DNA of 64,000 nt. Source: Planctomycetota bacterium (GTDB taxonomy: Bacteria > Planctomycetota > B15-G4 > JADJEK01). The notes under the pieces were generated by a model. The model was not told the origin of the DNA. It made no database searches and saw nothing but the letters and a program-made list of their open reading frames with translations. The number at the start of each line of letters is the position of its first letter. Position 1 is the first letter of the stretch. Both the position numbers and the translations under genes were made by a program. Below are positions 19,091-27,450 of the stretch, in pieces. The stretch spans positions 96,001 to 160,000 of the forward strand of contig JBGAIQ010000003.1 of assembly GCA_044225365.1 (NCBI GenBank). The letters are read 5' to 3'.

Positions 19091-19552
19091 GTGGTCAATC
19101 TTGGAACACGAGAGCTCGCTTGCGCGATGCACCGGAGGATCGCCGCGAGACCCCGCGGCCACCGCGAGCCTCCGCGAATGTTACAGTACGTATTCCTATC
19201 GCTCCACCGATCGACGCCGATCCCTGAACTCGCGCGTCGGATCGGTGAGTTCGTCGCCCGGGCTGCGGAAGGCATGGTCATGAGTCTTGCACAGCGATTG
19301 ATCGAAGAAGGCATCGAGAAAGGCATCGAGAAGGGCATCGAGAAGGGCGTCGAACGCGGCCTTGCGAGAGGCGTCCCGCTCGGCGAACGGCGTGTCATCG
19401 TCGAGGTCCTCGAAGCGCGATTCGGCGCCGTTCCCGATCCGGTCCGTCGCGCAATCGATTCGATCGACGATACGACGGCTCTCGAACGACTCGCGCGAAT
19501 CGCGGCCACCGCTCCGACTCTCGCCGAGTTCGCCCGGGGACTTCGAGACTGA
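19091..19552 (+). pseudogene. C-terminal fragment of an Rpn/YhgA-family gene; an intact 90-aa small ORF starts at 19280
   Basis: MSLAQRLIEEGIEKGIEKGIEKG...EVLEARFG..P...IDD...LERL (Rpn/DUF4351-like tail); GGAAGG RBS before ATG 19280; no PD-(D/E)XK nuclease domain upstream. Confidence 0.7.
19310..19357 (+). repeat. 12-bp coding tandem repeat (GGCATCGAGAAR x3 plus a degenerate copy)
   Basis: Encodes GIEK GIEK GIEK GVER. Confidence 0.85.
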
Positions 19553-19653
19553 GGGTGTGGCCTCGAACGACACGACGGTGACGGCGACCCGCGCTCCAAG
19601 ATCCGCATTTTCCCGCAACGGCGACCCGGTCCACGGCACTTCCGTCCTCGGCC

Positions 19654-22600
19654 ATGGAACCTCCCTCTGACGACCGTCACTCACCGGATCGAATCGCAGC
19701 CCTGCTCGCGCAGGCGGGCTGGGTGCGAGGCCTCGCGCGATCCCTCTGCTTCGACCCCGGTATCGCCGACGACGTCGCGCAGAGCTCGCTCCTCAGCGCG
19801 ATGGAGCGGCCGCCGCGGGACGCCACGAATCTTCGCGGCTGGCTGAGGCAGCTCGTACTGAATACTGCGCGTCAGTTCGGACGCAGCGAGGCGCGCCGTA
19901 AGCGCCGCGACGCGACGGCCGCCCCGCCGGGAAGCCTCCCACTGCCGGAGACGCTGGTCCTCGCAGCGGAGACCCAGGGAAGACTCGTTGCGGCCGTCCT
20001 GCGGCTCGAAGAGCCGTATCGGCAGACGATCCTGTTGCGTTACTTCGAGGGTCATGAGCCCGACGAGATCGCGAAGCGACTGCAGGTCCCGAGTTCGACG
20101 ATCCGCAGTCGGCACAAACGAGCACTCGATCGACTGCGCGAATTGCTCGACGGCGAGTACGGGAATGGGCGCGACGAATGGAAGAAGGCGCTGCTTCCTC
20201 TCGCGACTCCACCGGCACTCTCCAGTTCACTCGTGGGCGGAGGCGTACTCTCGATGTCGTTGAAGTGGAAGATCACGATCGCGGCGGGAATCGCTTTCCT
20301 CGCCCTCGGATCGAAGTCGGTCCTCGAAAGAGCCTCGCTCACGACGACAGTTGGACCCGAACGCACGCTGGCTGCATCGTCGAAGATTCTCGATTCGAAG
20401 GTCTTGGACCGGCCCATCGGCTCGGGGGACGAATCGAATCCCAACGATGATTCGGAGCTACCGACCCGCGAGTCGACGTCGAGCGAGCGAGATGCGATGA
20501 CCTTCCGCGGAACGGTCGTCCGGCCGGACGAGACTCCCGTCGCGAACGCCCGCGTCCACGCCTTCGCGACGATCGCGGAGACCGATGACGAAGCGCGCGC
20601 GATCGGAACGGTGACGACGGGCGAGGACGGCGAGTTCGCGATCACGATCGAGAGTACGCGCCTGCCCAGCGACGAGTGCTCGATCGTCGCAACCGCCGAG
20701 CGAATGACCCATTCACGAATCGCGACACTCACGGCTGGGAGTCACTGCCGGCTCGAATTGAGGGACACCGCGCGCCTTTGCGGTCGCGTGCTGGACGCCG
20801 CGACGCGCGAACCGATCGAAGAGGCCAAGGTGTTCCGCGGTGATTCGGGGGCCGTCACCACGGATCGCGCGGGAGCCTACGCGTTCGACGATGTTCCCAT
20901 CGACACGGGAATCGGGCTCGACGTCGTTCATCCCGACTATCCAACGCAACACGAATCGATCCTCCTTCGCGGCAAGGAAGGCGGGTCGCGCGATATCCTC
21001 CTCGATCGCGGGTTCGTCGTGCGACTGTGCATCGTCGATCGAGTGTCGATGACACCGATCGAGGGAGCGCGGATCGAGGGACTCGGATTGGGTCGCGAGG
21101 ACGAACGAACCCTCAGCGACTCCGCAGGTGGATTCGCGTTTCGGGCCACGCATCGACAGCAGATCACAATGGAGGTGTCGAAGCCCGACTACTTCGCGAC
21201 GGCCTGGCGCTGGGAGGCCTGGGAACCGAAAGCCGACGAGACCATCGTGATCCCGTTGTATCGCGGGGCGCGAGTCCGTGGGACCGTCGTCGATGCCGAT
21301 CATCATCCGATTCCCGATGTGGCCGTACACGCCGTCGTCGATGATGTTCGCGCAAACCCTGTCGACGGTGTCGCCGAAGCGGCGCGGCTCGGCACTCCGG
21401 GCGTGCTCGTGATCAACACCGAGCGGCAGGGTACGACGCATGGCGTGAGCGACGCTCTCGGTCGGTTCGTTCTCTTCGTCGTCCCCAGCGAGAAGGCATA
21501 CGAGATCGAGGCTCGCCACGATGAGTACGCAGTCGAGCGGACGCGCCCGTTTCACGTCGACTCCCCTGAGAGCCATCCATCCTTCGATATCGAGCTCGAG
21601 CGCGGCGGAACATTGGAAGGACGCGTCACTCGCAACTCGCGCCCCTGGATCGACGATGAAGTCGTCTTGAAGGACGCCTCCGGGCACACCGTGAACGCTC
21701 ATCCCGGCGCACTCGGGCAGTACCGCTTCGAACGAGTGCATTCCGGAGATTCGCACATTCTCCTCCGTTCTTTGGAGGGTCGCGAGTCGGACGAGTCGGT
21801 CGTGCACGTCGAGGTCGGGCGCGTCACGGTCCATGACTTCGCGAGGAACGCGGAGATCACGACGCTCCGCGGGTCCGTCGTCGACGAGTCGGGGCGCCGC
21901 TTGACCGGGATCCGGGTCATCGCCACCGCGGAACTCGATGATGGAAGGGATCCGAGATACGGGATCACCGATTCGTCCGGAGCGTTCGAGTTCGAGTTGG
22001 AAGGCAGCGGCCCGTTCCGCTTCGTTGCGGAGCGCGGGGCTGCTCGAGTCGAAGAGCGCCGCGTGGATCCGAGCCGCGGTGACGTCCGACTGGTGCTCCC
22101 GACTGCGGCCATCCTCCGTCTTCGACTCGTCGATGAGACCACGAAGGAGCCGATCCGCTCGTCCGGGGATTCGCTGTGGAGCTTCGGTTGGCGGCGATTG
22201 GGAGGCGTCCGCTTCGAGCGCGCCAGCGGCGCGGGAGTCGAACTCGACATCATGGGCAACGTGGAGTTCGAGACCCTCACCGGGTCGATCGACGTGAGCA
22301 TTCACCTCAACAACGATGGATATCAACCGACGGTCGTGAGCGCGATCCAGGTTCCGCCCGAAGGGACCCCGGTCGCCCGCGTGGTCGAGTTGAAGCGCGG
22401 AGCGTCACTGTCGCTTCGCGCTCACGTCGTGACGCCATTGGGCCGCAGGCTCGTCGAGAGCCACAACTTCTTCCTCCTCGATGAGGCTCAGTCCGATTCG
22501 ATCTCCACCCCCAATCCTGCCGCGGGCCGTGAAGCGAACATGCACGTGAGCGGCGGCCTCGCGCTGTTCCTCGGCGACATCGGCCTCATGAATCAGCAGC

Positions 22601-22764
22601 TCATGTTCGGGAACGATGGCGTCGCGACCCTTCACGGGCTCGCCGCGGGTGACTACGTCCTTCGCGGGTTTCCCGAAGACGTCGTCGTCGAGCCAGCGAC
22701 GATCCGGATCGGCGGCGCGGACGGTCCGCGAGGAGAAGTCGAGTTCAGCGTACGACCGAAGTAA
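19654..22764 (+). CDS. ECF sigma-70 factor with TM and large extracytoplasmic carboxypeptidase-regulatory-like repeats
   Basis: ADDVAQ, LRGWLRQLVLN (region 2), LEEPYRQTILLRYFEG..EIAKRL..STIRSR (region 4), TM, repeated GxVVD/GRVLD beta-sandwich starts. Confidence 0.85.
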   Translation: MEPPSDDRHSPDRIAALLAQAGWVRGLARSLCFDPGIADDVAQSSLLSAMERPPRDATNLRGWLRQLVLNTARQFGRSEARRKRRDATAAPPGSLPLPETLVLAAETQGRLVAAVLRLEEPYRQTILLRYFEGHEPDEIAKRLQVPSSTIRSRHKRALDRLRELLDGEYGNGRDEWKKALLPLATPPALSSSLVGGGVLSMSLKWKITIAAGIAFLALGSKSVLERASLTTTVGPERTLAASSKILDSKVLDRPIGSGDESNPNDDSELPTRESTSSERDAMTFRGTVVRPDETPVANARVHAFATIAETDDEARAIGTVTTGEDGEFAITIESTRLPSDECSIVATAERMTHSRIATLTAGSHCRLELRDTARLCGRVLDAATREPIEEAKVFRGDSGAVTTDRAGAYAFDDVPIDTGIGLDVVHPDYPTQHESILLRGKEGGSRDILLDRGFVVRLCIVDRVSMTPIEGARIEGLGLGREDERTLSDSAGGFAFRATHRQQITMEVSKPDYFATAWRWEAWEPKADETIVIPLYRGARVRGTVVDADHHPIPDVAVHAVVDDVRANPVDGVAEAARLGTPGVLVINTERQGTTHGVSDALGRFVLFVVPSEKAYEIEARHDEYAVERTRPFHVDSPESHPSFDIELERGGTLEGRVTRNSRPWIDDEVVLKDASGHTVNAHPGALGQYRFERVHSGDSHILLRSLEGRESDESVVHVEVGRVTVHDFARNAEITTLRGSVVDESGRRLTGIRVIATAELDDGRDPRYGITDSSGAFEFELEGSGPFRFVAERGAARVEERRVDPSRGDVRLVLPTAAILRLRLVDETTKEPIRSSGDSLWSFGWRRLGGVRFERASGAGVELDIMGNVEFETLTGSIDVSIHLNNDGYQPTVVSAIQVPPEGTPVARVVELKRGASLSLRAHVVTPLGRRLVESHNFFLLDEAQSDSISTPNPAAGREANMHVSGGLALFLGDIGLMNQQLMFGNDGVATLHGLAAGDYVLRGFPEDVVVEPATIRIGGADGPRGEVEFSVRPK

Positions 22765-22770
22765 CCGCGC

Positions 22771-23787
22771 TCAGTAGACGTCGCTATCGCCCATCGTGAA
22801 GAACCAATGGTCCTTCGCCCAGTTCTCGTCGAACGGCGGGCCGAAGACGCGAATGCACAGGTTGAAGCGCGATGGATCCGGTACGAAGCCGATCGTGGAG
22901 AGCGTCTTCCAGTGCGAGGACCACGGCGGGACCCACGTCTCGAGACGGGCCTTGCCTTTCTCTCTCGCGAGCCTCGCCGCGGCCTGCGCGAGCGCCGCGA
23001 TCCCTTGCTGATCGTCGCCGCGCACGACCCAGTCGACGAGCGGCGCGAGCGGTTTGTCGAACCACTCGGTTCGAAGGAACAAGAGTCCACGCAAGTCGTC
23101 GCCGTCCTTCCCGTAGGCACCGAGCAGGCGATACCGGAACGTCGGGCAATCGAGATATCGCCATTTCAGATACGCCGCATCCCGCCGCGCGACGAGTCGC
23201 AGGTCCTCTGCCATGGCATGGAACAAGGAGTCGACATCGCTCGGAACGCTCGTGAGCTCCCGCACGATCATGCGATCGGCGCCCATGCCGGAAAGATAGT
23301 CGACCCAAGGGGTATCGAAGTCGCGAACGAGCGAGACGACGGGCGTGTGGACGGGACGATAGTCGAGCTGCTTCGTGCCGATGCGATACGCGATCGGATT
23401 CGGGAAACCGTAGACGATGCGATCGGCGTGAGGTTGCCCGAAGCGCTCGAACCACGTGCGCGCAAGCGTCAGGAACACGCCTTCCCGCTTCAGCGTGTTG
23501 CGGTGCTCCTTCGCGACGCAGGTGTCGACGGCTTGTGAGCCCGCCATCGGCGCGCCCTCGTGCAGCCAGACGCCGGGGATCGCGGTGTACGTGCCCACGA
23601 TACGAGTCGCATCCGTTGCGACGTAGGTGTGATGACCGAGCAGGTTGTCTCGGAATTGCCAATTCCAATGCCGGAGACTTCGCGGGACGAACGACGGATT
23701 GTTCTCGCCGAACACTTCATTGAAGAGCGCGAGAATGCCGACTTCATCGCCGGGCTCGTATGGTCGGATGGAAACGTCTTGCGGCAT
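22771..23787 (-). CDS. GNAT family N-acetyltransferase, paralogue A
   Basis: IRPYEPGDE, WNWQF, YGFPN, RDAAYLKWRY, C-terminal TMGDSDVY. Confidence 0.75.
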   Translation of the reverse strand: MPQDVSIRPYEPGDEVGILALFNEVFGENNPSFVPRSLRHWNWQFRDNLLGHHTYVATDATRIVGTYTAIPGVWLHEGAPMAGSQAVDTCVAKEHRNTLKREGVFLTLARTWFERFGQPHADRIVYGFPNPIAYRIGTKQLDYRPVHTPVVSLVRDFDTPWVDYLSGMGADRMIVRELTSVPSDVDSLFHAMAEDLRLVARRDAAYLKWRYLDCPTFRYRLLGAYGKDGDDLRGLLFLRTEWFDKPLAPLVDWVVRGDDQQGIAALAQAAARLAREKGKARLETWVPPWSSHWKTLSTIGFVPDPSRFNLCIRVFGPPFDENWAKDHWFFTMGDSDVY

Positions 23788-23904
23788 GGCGGGACAATCT
23801 ATCGACGCTCGCAACGAAAAACCGTACGCGCGACCGGCGGCGCACCTGGACCGATGTCGAAGACGCGCGGACCGCCGTCCGCCCCAACAGGATCGAATCG
23901 AAGC

Positions 23905-24930
23905 ATGACGAGCGAAGACATCGAAGTCCGGCCCTACCGTGACGGCGACGAGGCGGGAGTCCTCGCGCTCTTCAACACCGTGTTCGCCGAGGACGATCCC
24001 ACCTATCACGATCGCGGGCCGGACCACTGGCGATGGGAGTTCCTGAACAATCCCGCGGGCCACCAGATCGTGCTCGGGATCGAACCCGCGGCACTCGGCG
24101 GTCGTGTCGTCGCTCAGTACGCATGCCTTCCTGCAGTCGTGAACCTGCGCGGAGAGCGCGTCCTGTGCGGCCAGGGGATCGACTCCGTCGTTCATCCCGA
24201 TTACCGGCGCGGATTGAAGCGTGAAGGCGCCTTTCTCAAAGTCGCGCGGTACTACTTCGAGCACTTCGGAATCCCCGAGGTGAACGCGTTCGGATACGGC
24301 CTGCCGAATCAGAAGGCGTACCGAGTCGGCGTGCGGATGCTGAACTACGTTCCGATCGCGGCGCCCCTGCCGACACTCGCTCGCAATCTCTTCGACAAGT
24401 CGACCGACGACGTCGTCGGGTACGGCGCCGCGGCCGGAGAGTGCATCGAGATCTCGCGCTTCGGCGGGGAGATGGACGCACTCTGGGCCCGCATCGAGCC
24501 CGGCTATCCGATGGCGATCCGTCGCGATGCGACGTACCTCAACTGGCGATATCTCGACTGCCCCAGCGTGAAGTACCGCGCCTTCGCCCTCGTCGAGAAC
24601 GGTCGATGGCGCGCGGTCTACGTCCTACGCGAGAACTGGATGGGCCCACCGATCCTTGCTCTCACCGAATCGATCTGTGCGCACGACGACGCAGGCGCGT
24701 TTGCCTGGATCCTGAAAGAGGCCGTCGCGTATGCGCGACGAAGCGGGCAGCAGCGCGTGGAGACCTGGATCCCGGAGAGCCATCCGTTCTTCAAGGCGAC
24801 GCTCGCTCAGGGTTTCATCACCGAGTCGTCGCCCTTCAATCTCTGCATCAAGATCTATCGGTCCGACGTCAGTCCCGAATTCGTGCGTGAGAATTGGTGG
24901 TACACGATCGGCGACTCCGACGTGTTCTGA
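23905..24930 (+). CDS. GNAT family N-acetyltransferase, paralogue B
   Basis: VRPYRDGDE, VHPDYRRG, YGLPN, RDATYLNWRY, TIGDSDVF. Confidence 0.78.
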   Translation: MTSEDIEVRPYRDGDEAGVLALFNTVFAEDDPTYHDRGPDHWRWEFLNNPAGHQIVLGIEPAALGGRVVAQYACLPAVVNLRGERVLCGQGIDSVVHPDYRRGLKREGAFLKVARYYFEHFGIPEVNAFGYGLPNQKAYRVGVRMLNYVPIAAPLPTLARNLFDKSTDDVVGYGAAAGECIEISRFGGEMDALWARIEPGYPMAIRRDATYLNWRYLDCPSVKYRAFALVENGRWRAVYVLRENWMGPPILALTESICAHDDAGAFAWILKEAVAYARRSGQQRVETWIPESHPFFKATLAQGFITESSPFNLCIKIYRSDVSPEFVRENWWYTIGDSDVF

Positions 24931-24934
24931 GCGT

Positions 24935-25672
24935 TCAGACCGCCTCGACCCACTCTCCCGCTCGCATCCAATCGCGGTCGTTCACTGCACCCGTCTCACG
25001 GATTAGGGCCTGCTCGCGAAACGCTGGATTCCGCAGCAACTTGACCAGTCCTTTCGTCGAGATCGGGCCGATCGGCGCCTCACCGGCCTCCGGAGCGTAC
25101 TCCCAGGTCTTGTCGGCGAGGCCGTCGATCTCCTCGGACATCATGCTCTGCACCTCGCGAAGCAACTCCGCCTTCTCGGCGTCCGAGATGCGCGTCGTCT
25201 CGACGGTCGAAACGAGACGCTCCCAGAGCTTCGCCTCTCGATCCACTTCACGGCATCGCGCGTCGAACATCAGCGCGTGGATCTCCGCCATTCGCTTCTC
25301 GATCTCGAGCAAGAGCGACGCGTCGATCGATGCACCGGTGGATTCCGTCTCGAGCCGACGCAGCAGCAGCGTGTACTTGACGCGCGCCGCGACCCGTTTG
25401 TCGCGCAGCAGGCGTTGGTACAAGGCTCGCGCCCGCTCCCTCTCGCGCTGATATTCTCCGGTCGCGTGAAGTCGCTCGAGGATGGCGCGAACGGGATGGA
25501 AGGCGAGCCGCTGCACGACGAACGCCACACCGAGGGCCACGCCCGCTACCCAGCACACGACGAACGCGGACGGATAGTTCCCCGACGCCGCACGATCGAT
25601 CGCGATGGCGGTCGCGAAGATCGCCACGATCGCAAGTCCGAGGACGAGCAAAGTGAGAAAGCGTCGCCTCAC
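24935..25672 (-). CDS. Hypothetical membrane protein (2 TM plus helical domain)
   Basis: Two N-terminal hydrophobic helices; 7-bp gap to the upstream ORF. Confidence 0.6.
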   Translation of the reverse strand: MRRRFLTLLVLGLAIVAIFATAIAIDRAASGNYPSAFVVCWVAGVALGVAFVVQRLAFHPVRAILERLHATGEYQRERERARALYQRLLRDKRVAARVKYTLLLRRLETESTGASIDASLLLEIEKRMAEIHALMFDARCREVDREAKLWERLVSTVETTRISDAEKAELLREVQSMMSEEIDGLADKTWEYAPEAGEAPIGPISTKGLVKLLRNPAFREQALIRETGAVNDRDWMRAGEWVEAV

Positions 25673-25679
25673 CCCGATC

Positions 25680-26237
25680 CTAGTCCTTCAAGTCGTACTT
25701 CTTCGCCACGGGGTCGTCCTCGATGCGCGAGAGCGTGACGCGGAAGCTCGCCGTGATCGAGTCGATGAGTTGCCTCTTCGCCGCGTCGGGCAAGGTCGCG
25801 TTCGATTCGATCTGCAGGACCTTCTCGCTCCACGCAACGTAGGCCTTCTCGAGCGCGTCGGCGCGATCCTTGAATCGCTCGATCTCGATCGTGCGCAGCC
25901 GAGCCTGGACGTAGGTCTTGATCGTCGATGCGATCTCGACGGAGCGGGCATCCCAATAGGTCTTGCTCTCGCGCTTCCTCGCCTCGGCCTCGTGCTCGAG
26001 GAGGGCGATCTGCGTCGACAGCAGGAGATCCGCGGTCTCGAGTTCCTTCTTCGACCGGAGGAATGCGAGTCGATAGCGCGCGATGAGGCCGCGCGGGTTG
26101 GCCTCGGTCTCGTCGGGCGCGTTCACAACCTCGCCCGGCTTCACGACCGACAGCTCGCGACTCGCCGAGTCATCGCTCGACACGAGATCCAAACGCTTCA
26201 CGACCGCCTTCTCGTCGGGCTTCTTCTCGTCGCTCAT
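25680..26237 (-). CDS. Hypothetical coiled-coil protein
   Basis: Normal amino-acid composition, helical and charged; co-oriented with neighbours. Confidence 0.65.
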   Translation of the reverse strand: MSDEKKPDEKAVVKRLDLVSSDDSASRELSVVKPGEVVNAPDETEANPRGLIARYRLAFLRSKKELETADLLLSTQIALLEHEAEARKRESKTYWDARSVEIASTIKTYVQARLRTIEIERFKDRADALEKAYVAWSEKVLQIESNATLPDAAKRQLIDSITASFRVTLSRIEDDPVAKKYDLKD

Positions 26238-26283
26238 CGCTTCGATGATACCACCCCGAAAGGAGCGTCCGATCGCGCGTTCC

Positions 26284-27450
26284 TCACAGCGGCAGGCGAG
26301 CGTCCTTGCCGTATCCGGTGAGTTCGAGATATCCCTTCCCGATCGTCTTGCCCCGTGCCTCGATCCGGATCGGGCCCTCCCAGTAATGCAGCTTCTCGAT
26401 GTGCGGCGCGACGTTCTCCGCGCCGTCGAGTTCGGGCTTCACCTCGAACTCCAGGGACTCGCTCGCGATCGTGATCGACCACTCGAGGGGATAGCGAGCG
26501 TCGCTCTTCGTGCTCGACCAGGCCCTTCCCGGTCGCGCGACGACGTCGTCCTTGCCGAGGTAACGAACCGTTCCGTCCTTCGAGACGACCGTCCCGCGCG
26601 AGAAATCGATCACGCCGTCCTTGTTTCGCATGCGATAGAGCATCACGTCGCGACCGTCGTCGAGCTGCAGACTGAACCAGTCCCATCCGACCTGCTCCGC
26701 ACCGAGCTCGCTCGAGCTGATCTCGTGGTCCATCCAGCTCGCACCCTGCACCTCTGAGATGCGCCCATCGAGGGCTACCGTTCCGCGCGTCGCCATGCGC
26801 GTGAAGCTGTAGTACAGGCTCGCGGACGATCCCGAGGCGTTCTTCGGCGACACGCCCGCCGGTCCCTCGAAGGCGAGCGGTTTGTCGGCACGCACGGAGA
26901 GCGCGAGCGAAAAGCCACCCGGATGATCGTCGCGCATCGCGATATCGAATCCCTCGCCTTCGCCGCGATCGTTCTTCGGGACGAAGTCGAGCGTCCACTC
27001 GCCCGCACTGCCCGCTGGCGCGGGACAGCTCGCGACCCTCGTCGTCCCGGAGCCTGCATATTCGGGAAAGCCGCCCGTCATCCTCGCGGCGCGCCAGATC
27101 ACGTCCTTGAAGCGATGTTCGCCGTGCTTCGGATCGTCCACGATCGTGGTGACCGCGGCGTGTCCCATGATCAGGGAATCGGCGGCGAAGGCCGATTTCG
27201 ACGGCGCGCGCGCCGGATCGAGTCCGATGCGAAAGAACGTGAACTGGTAACCGAATCGCCGCCGCGATACCGCTTCCTCGACCTGCCCCGTGAAGTACCA
27301 CCACTCGATCTGGTACTCGGGATGAGCGAAGTGGTCGCGCGGGAAGTCCCACACGTGCTCGGTCGACGCGACTCTCCATTTCGGCTCGTCGCCCACCGCG
27401 AGTCCGAGGAAGCCGATCGATACCAGCGCAACGACGCTACTCTTTCTCAC
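26284..27450 (-). CDS. AttH/CrtC-like lipocalin-domain secreted protein
   Basis: FPRDHFAHP..EWWYFTG, YYSFTR, WMDHE, GWDWFSLQL, YWEG, GYLELTGY. Confidence 0.85.
   Translation of the reverse strand: MRKSSVVALVSIGFLGLAVGDEPKWRVASTEHVWDFPRDHFAHPEYQIEWWYFTGQVEEAVSRRRFGYQFTFFRIGLDPARAPSKSAFAADSLIMGHAAVTTIVDDPKHGEHRFKDVIWRAARMTGGFPEYAGSGTTRVASCPAPAGSAGEWTLDFVPKNDRGEGEGFDIAMRDDHPGGFSLALSVRADKPLAFEGPAGVSPKNASGSSASLYYSFTRMATRGTVALDGRISEVQGASWMDHEISSSELGAEQVGWDWFSLQLDDGRDVMLYRMRNKDGVIDFSRGTVVSKDGTVRYLGKDDVVARPGRAWSSTKSDARYPLEWSITIASESLEFEVKPELDGAENVAPHIEKLHYWEGPIRIEARGKTIGKGYLELTGYGKDARLPL

Noticed and set aside
19091-19552. Active transposase or IS element
   Set aside because: No catalytic domain, terminal inverted repeats or target duplication seen.
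19610-19650. Autoregulatory ECF promoter (GCAAC...CGTC)
   Set aside because: Spacing between AAC and CGTC is about 23 bp, too long for a typical ECF promoter.
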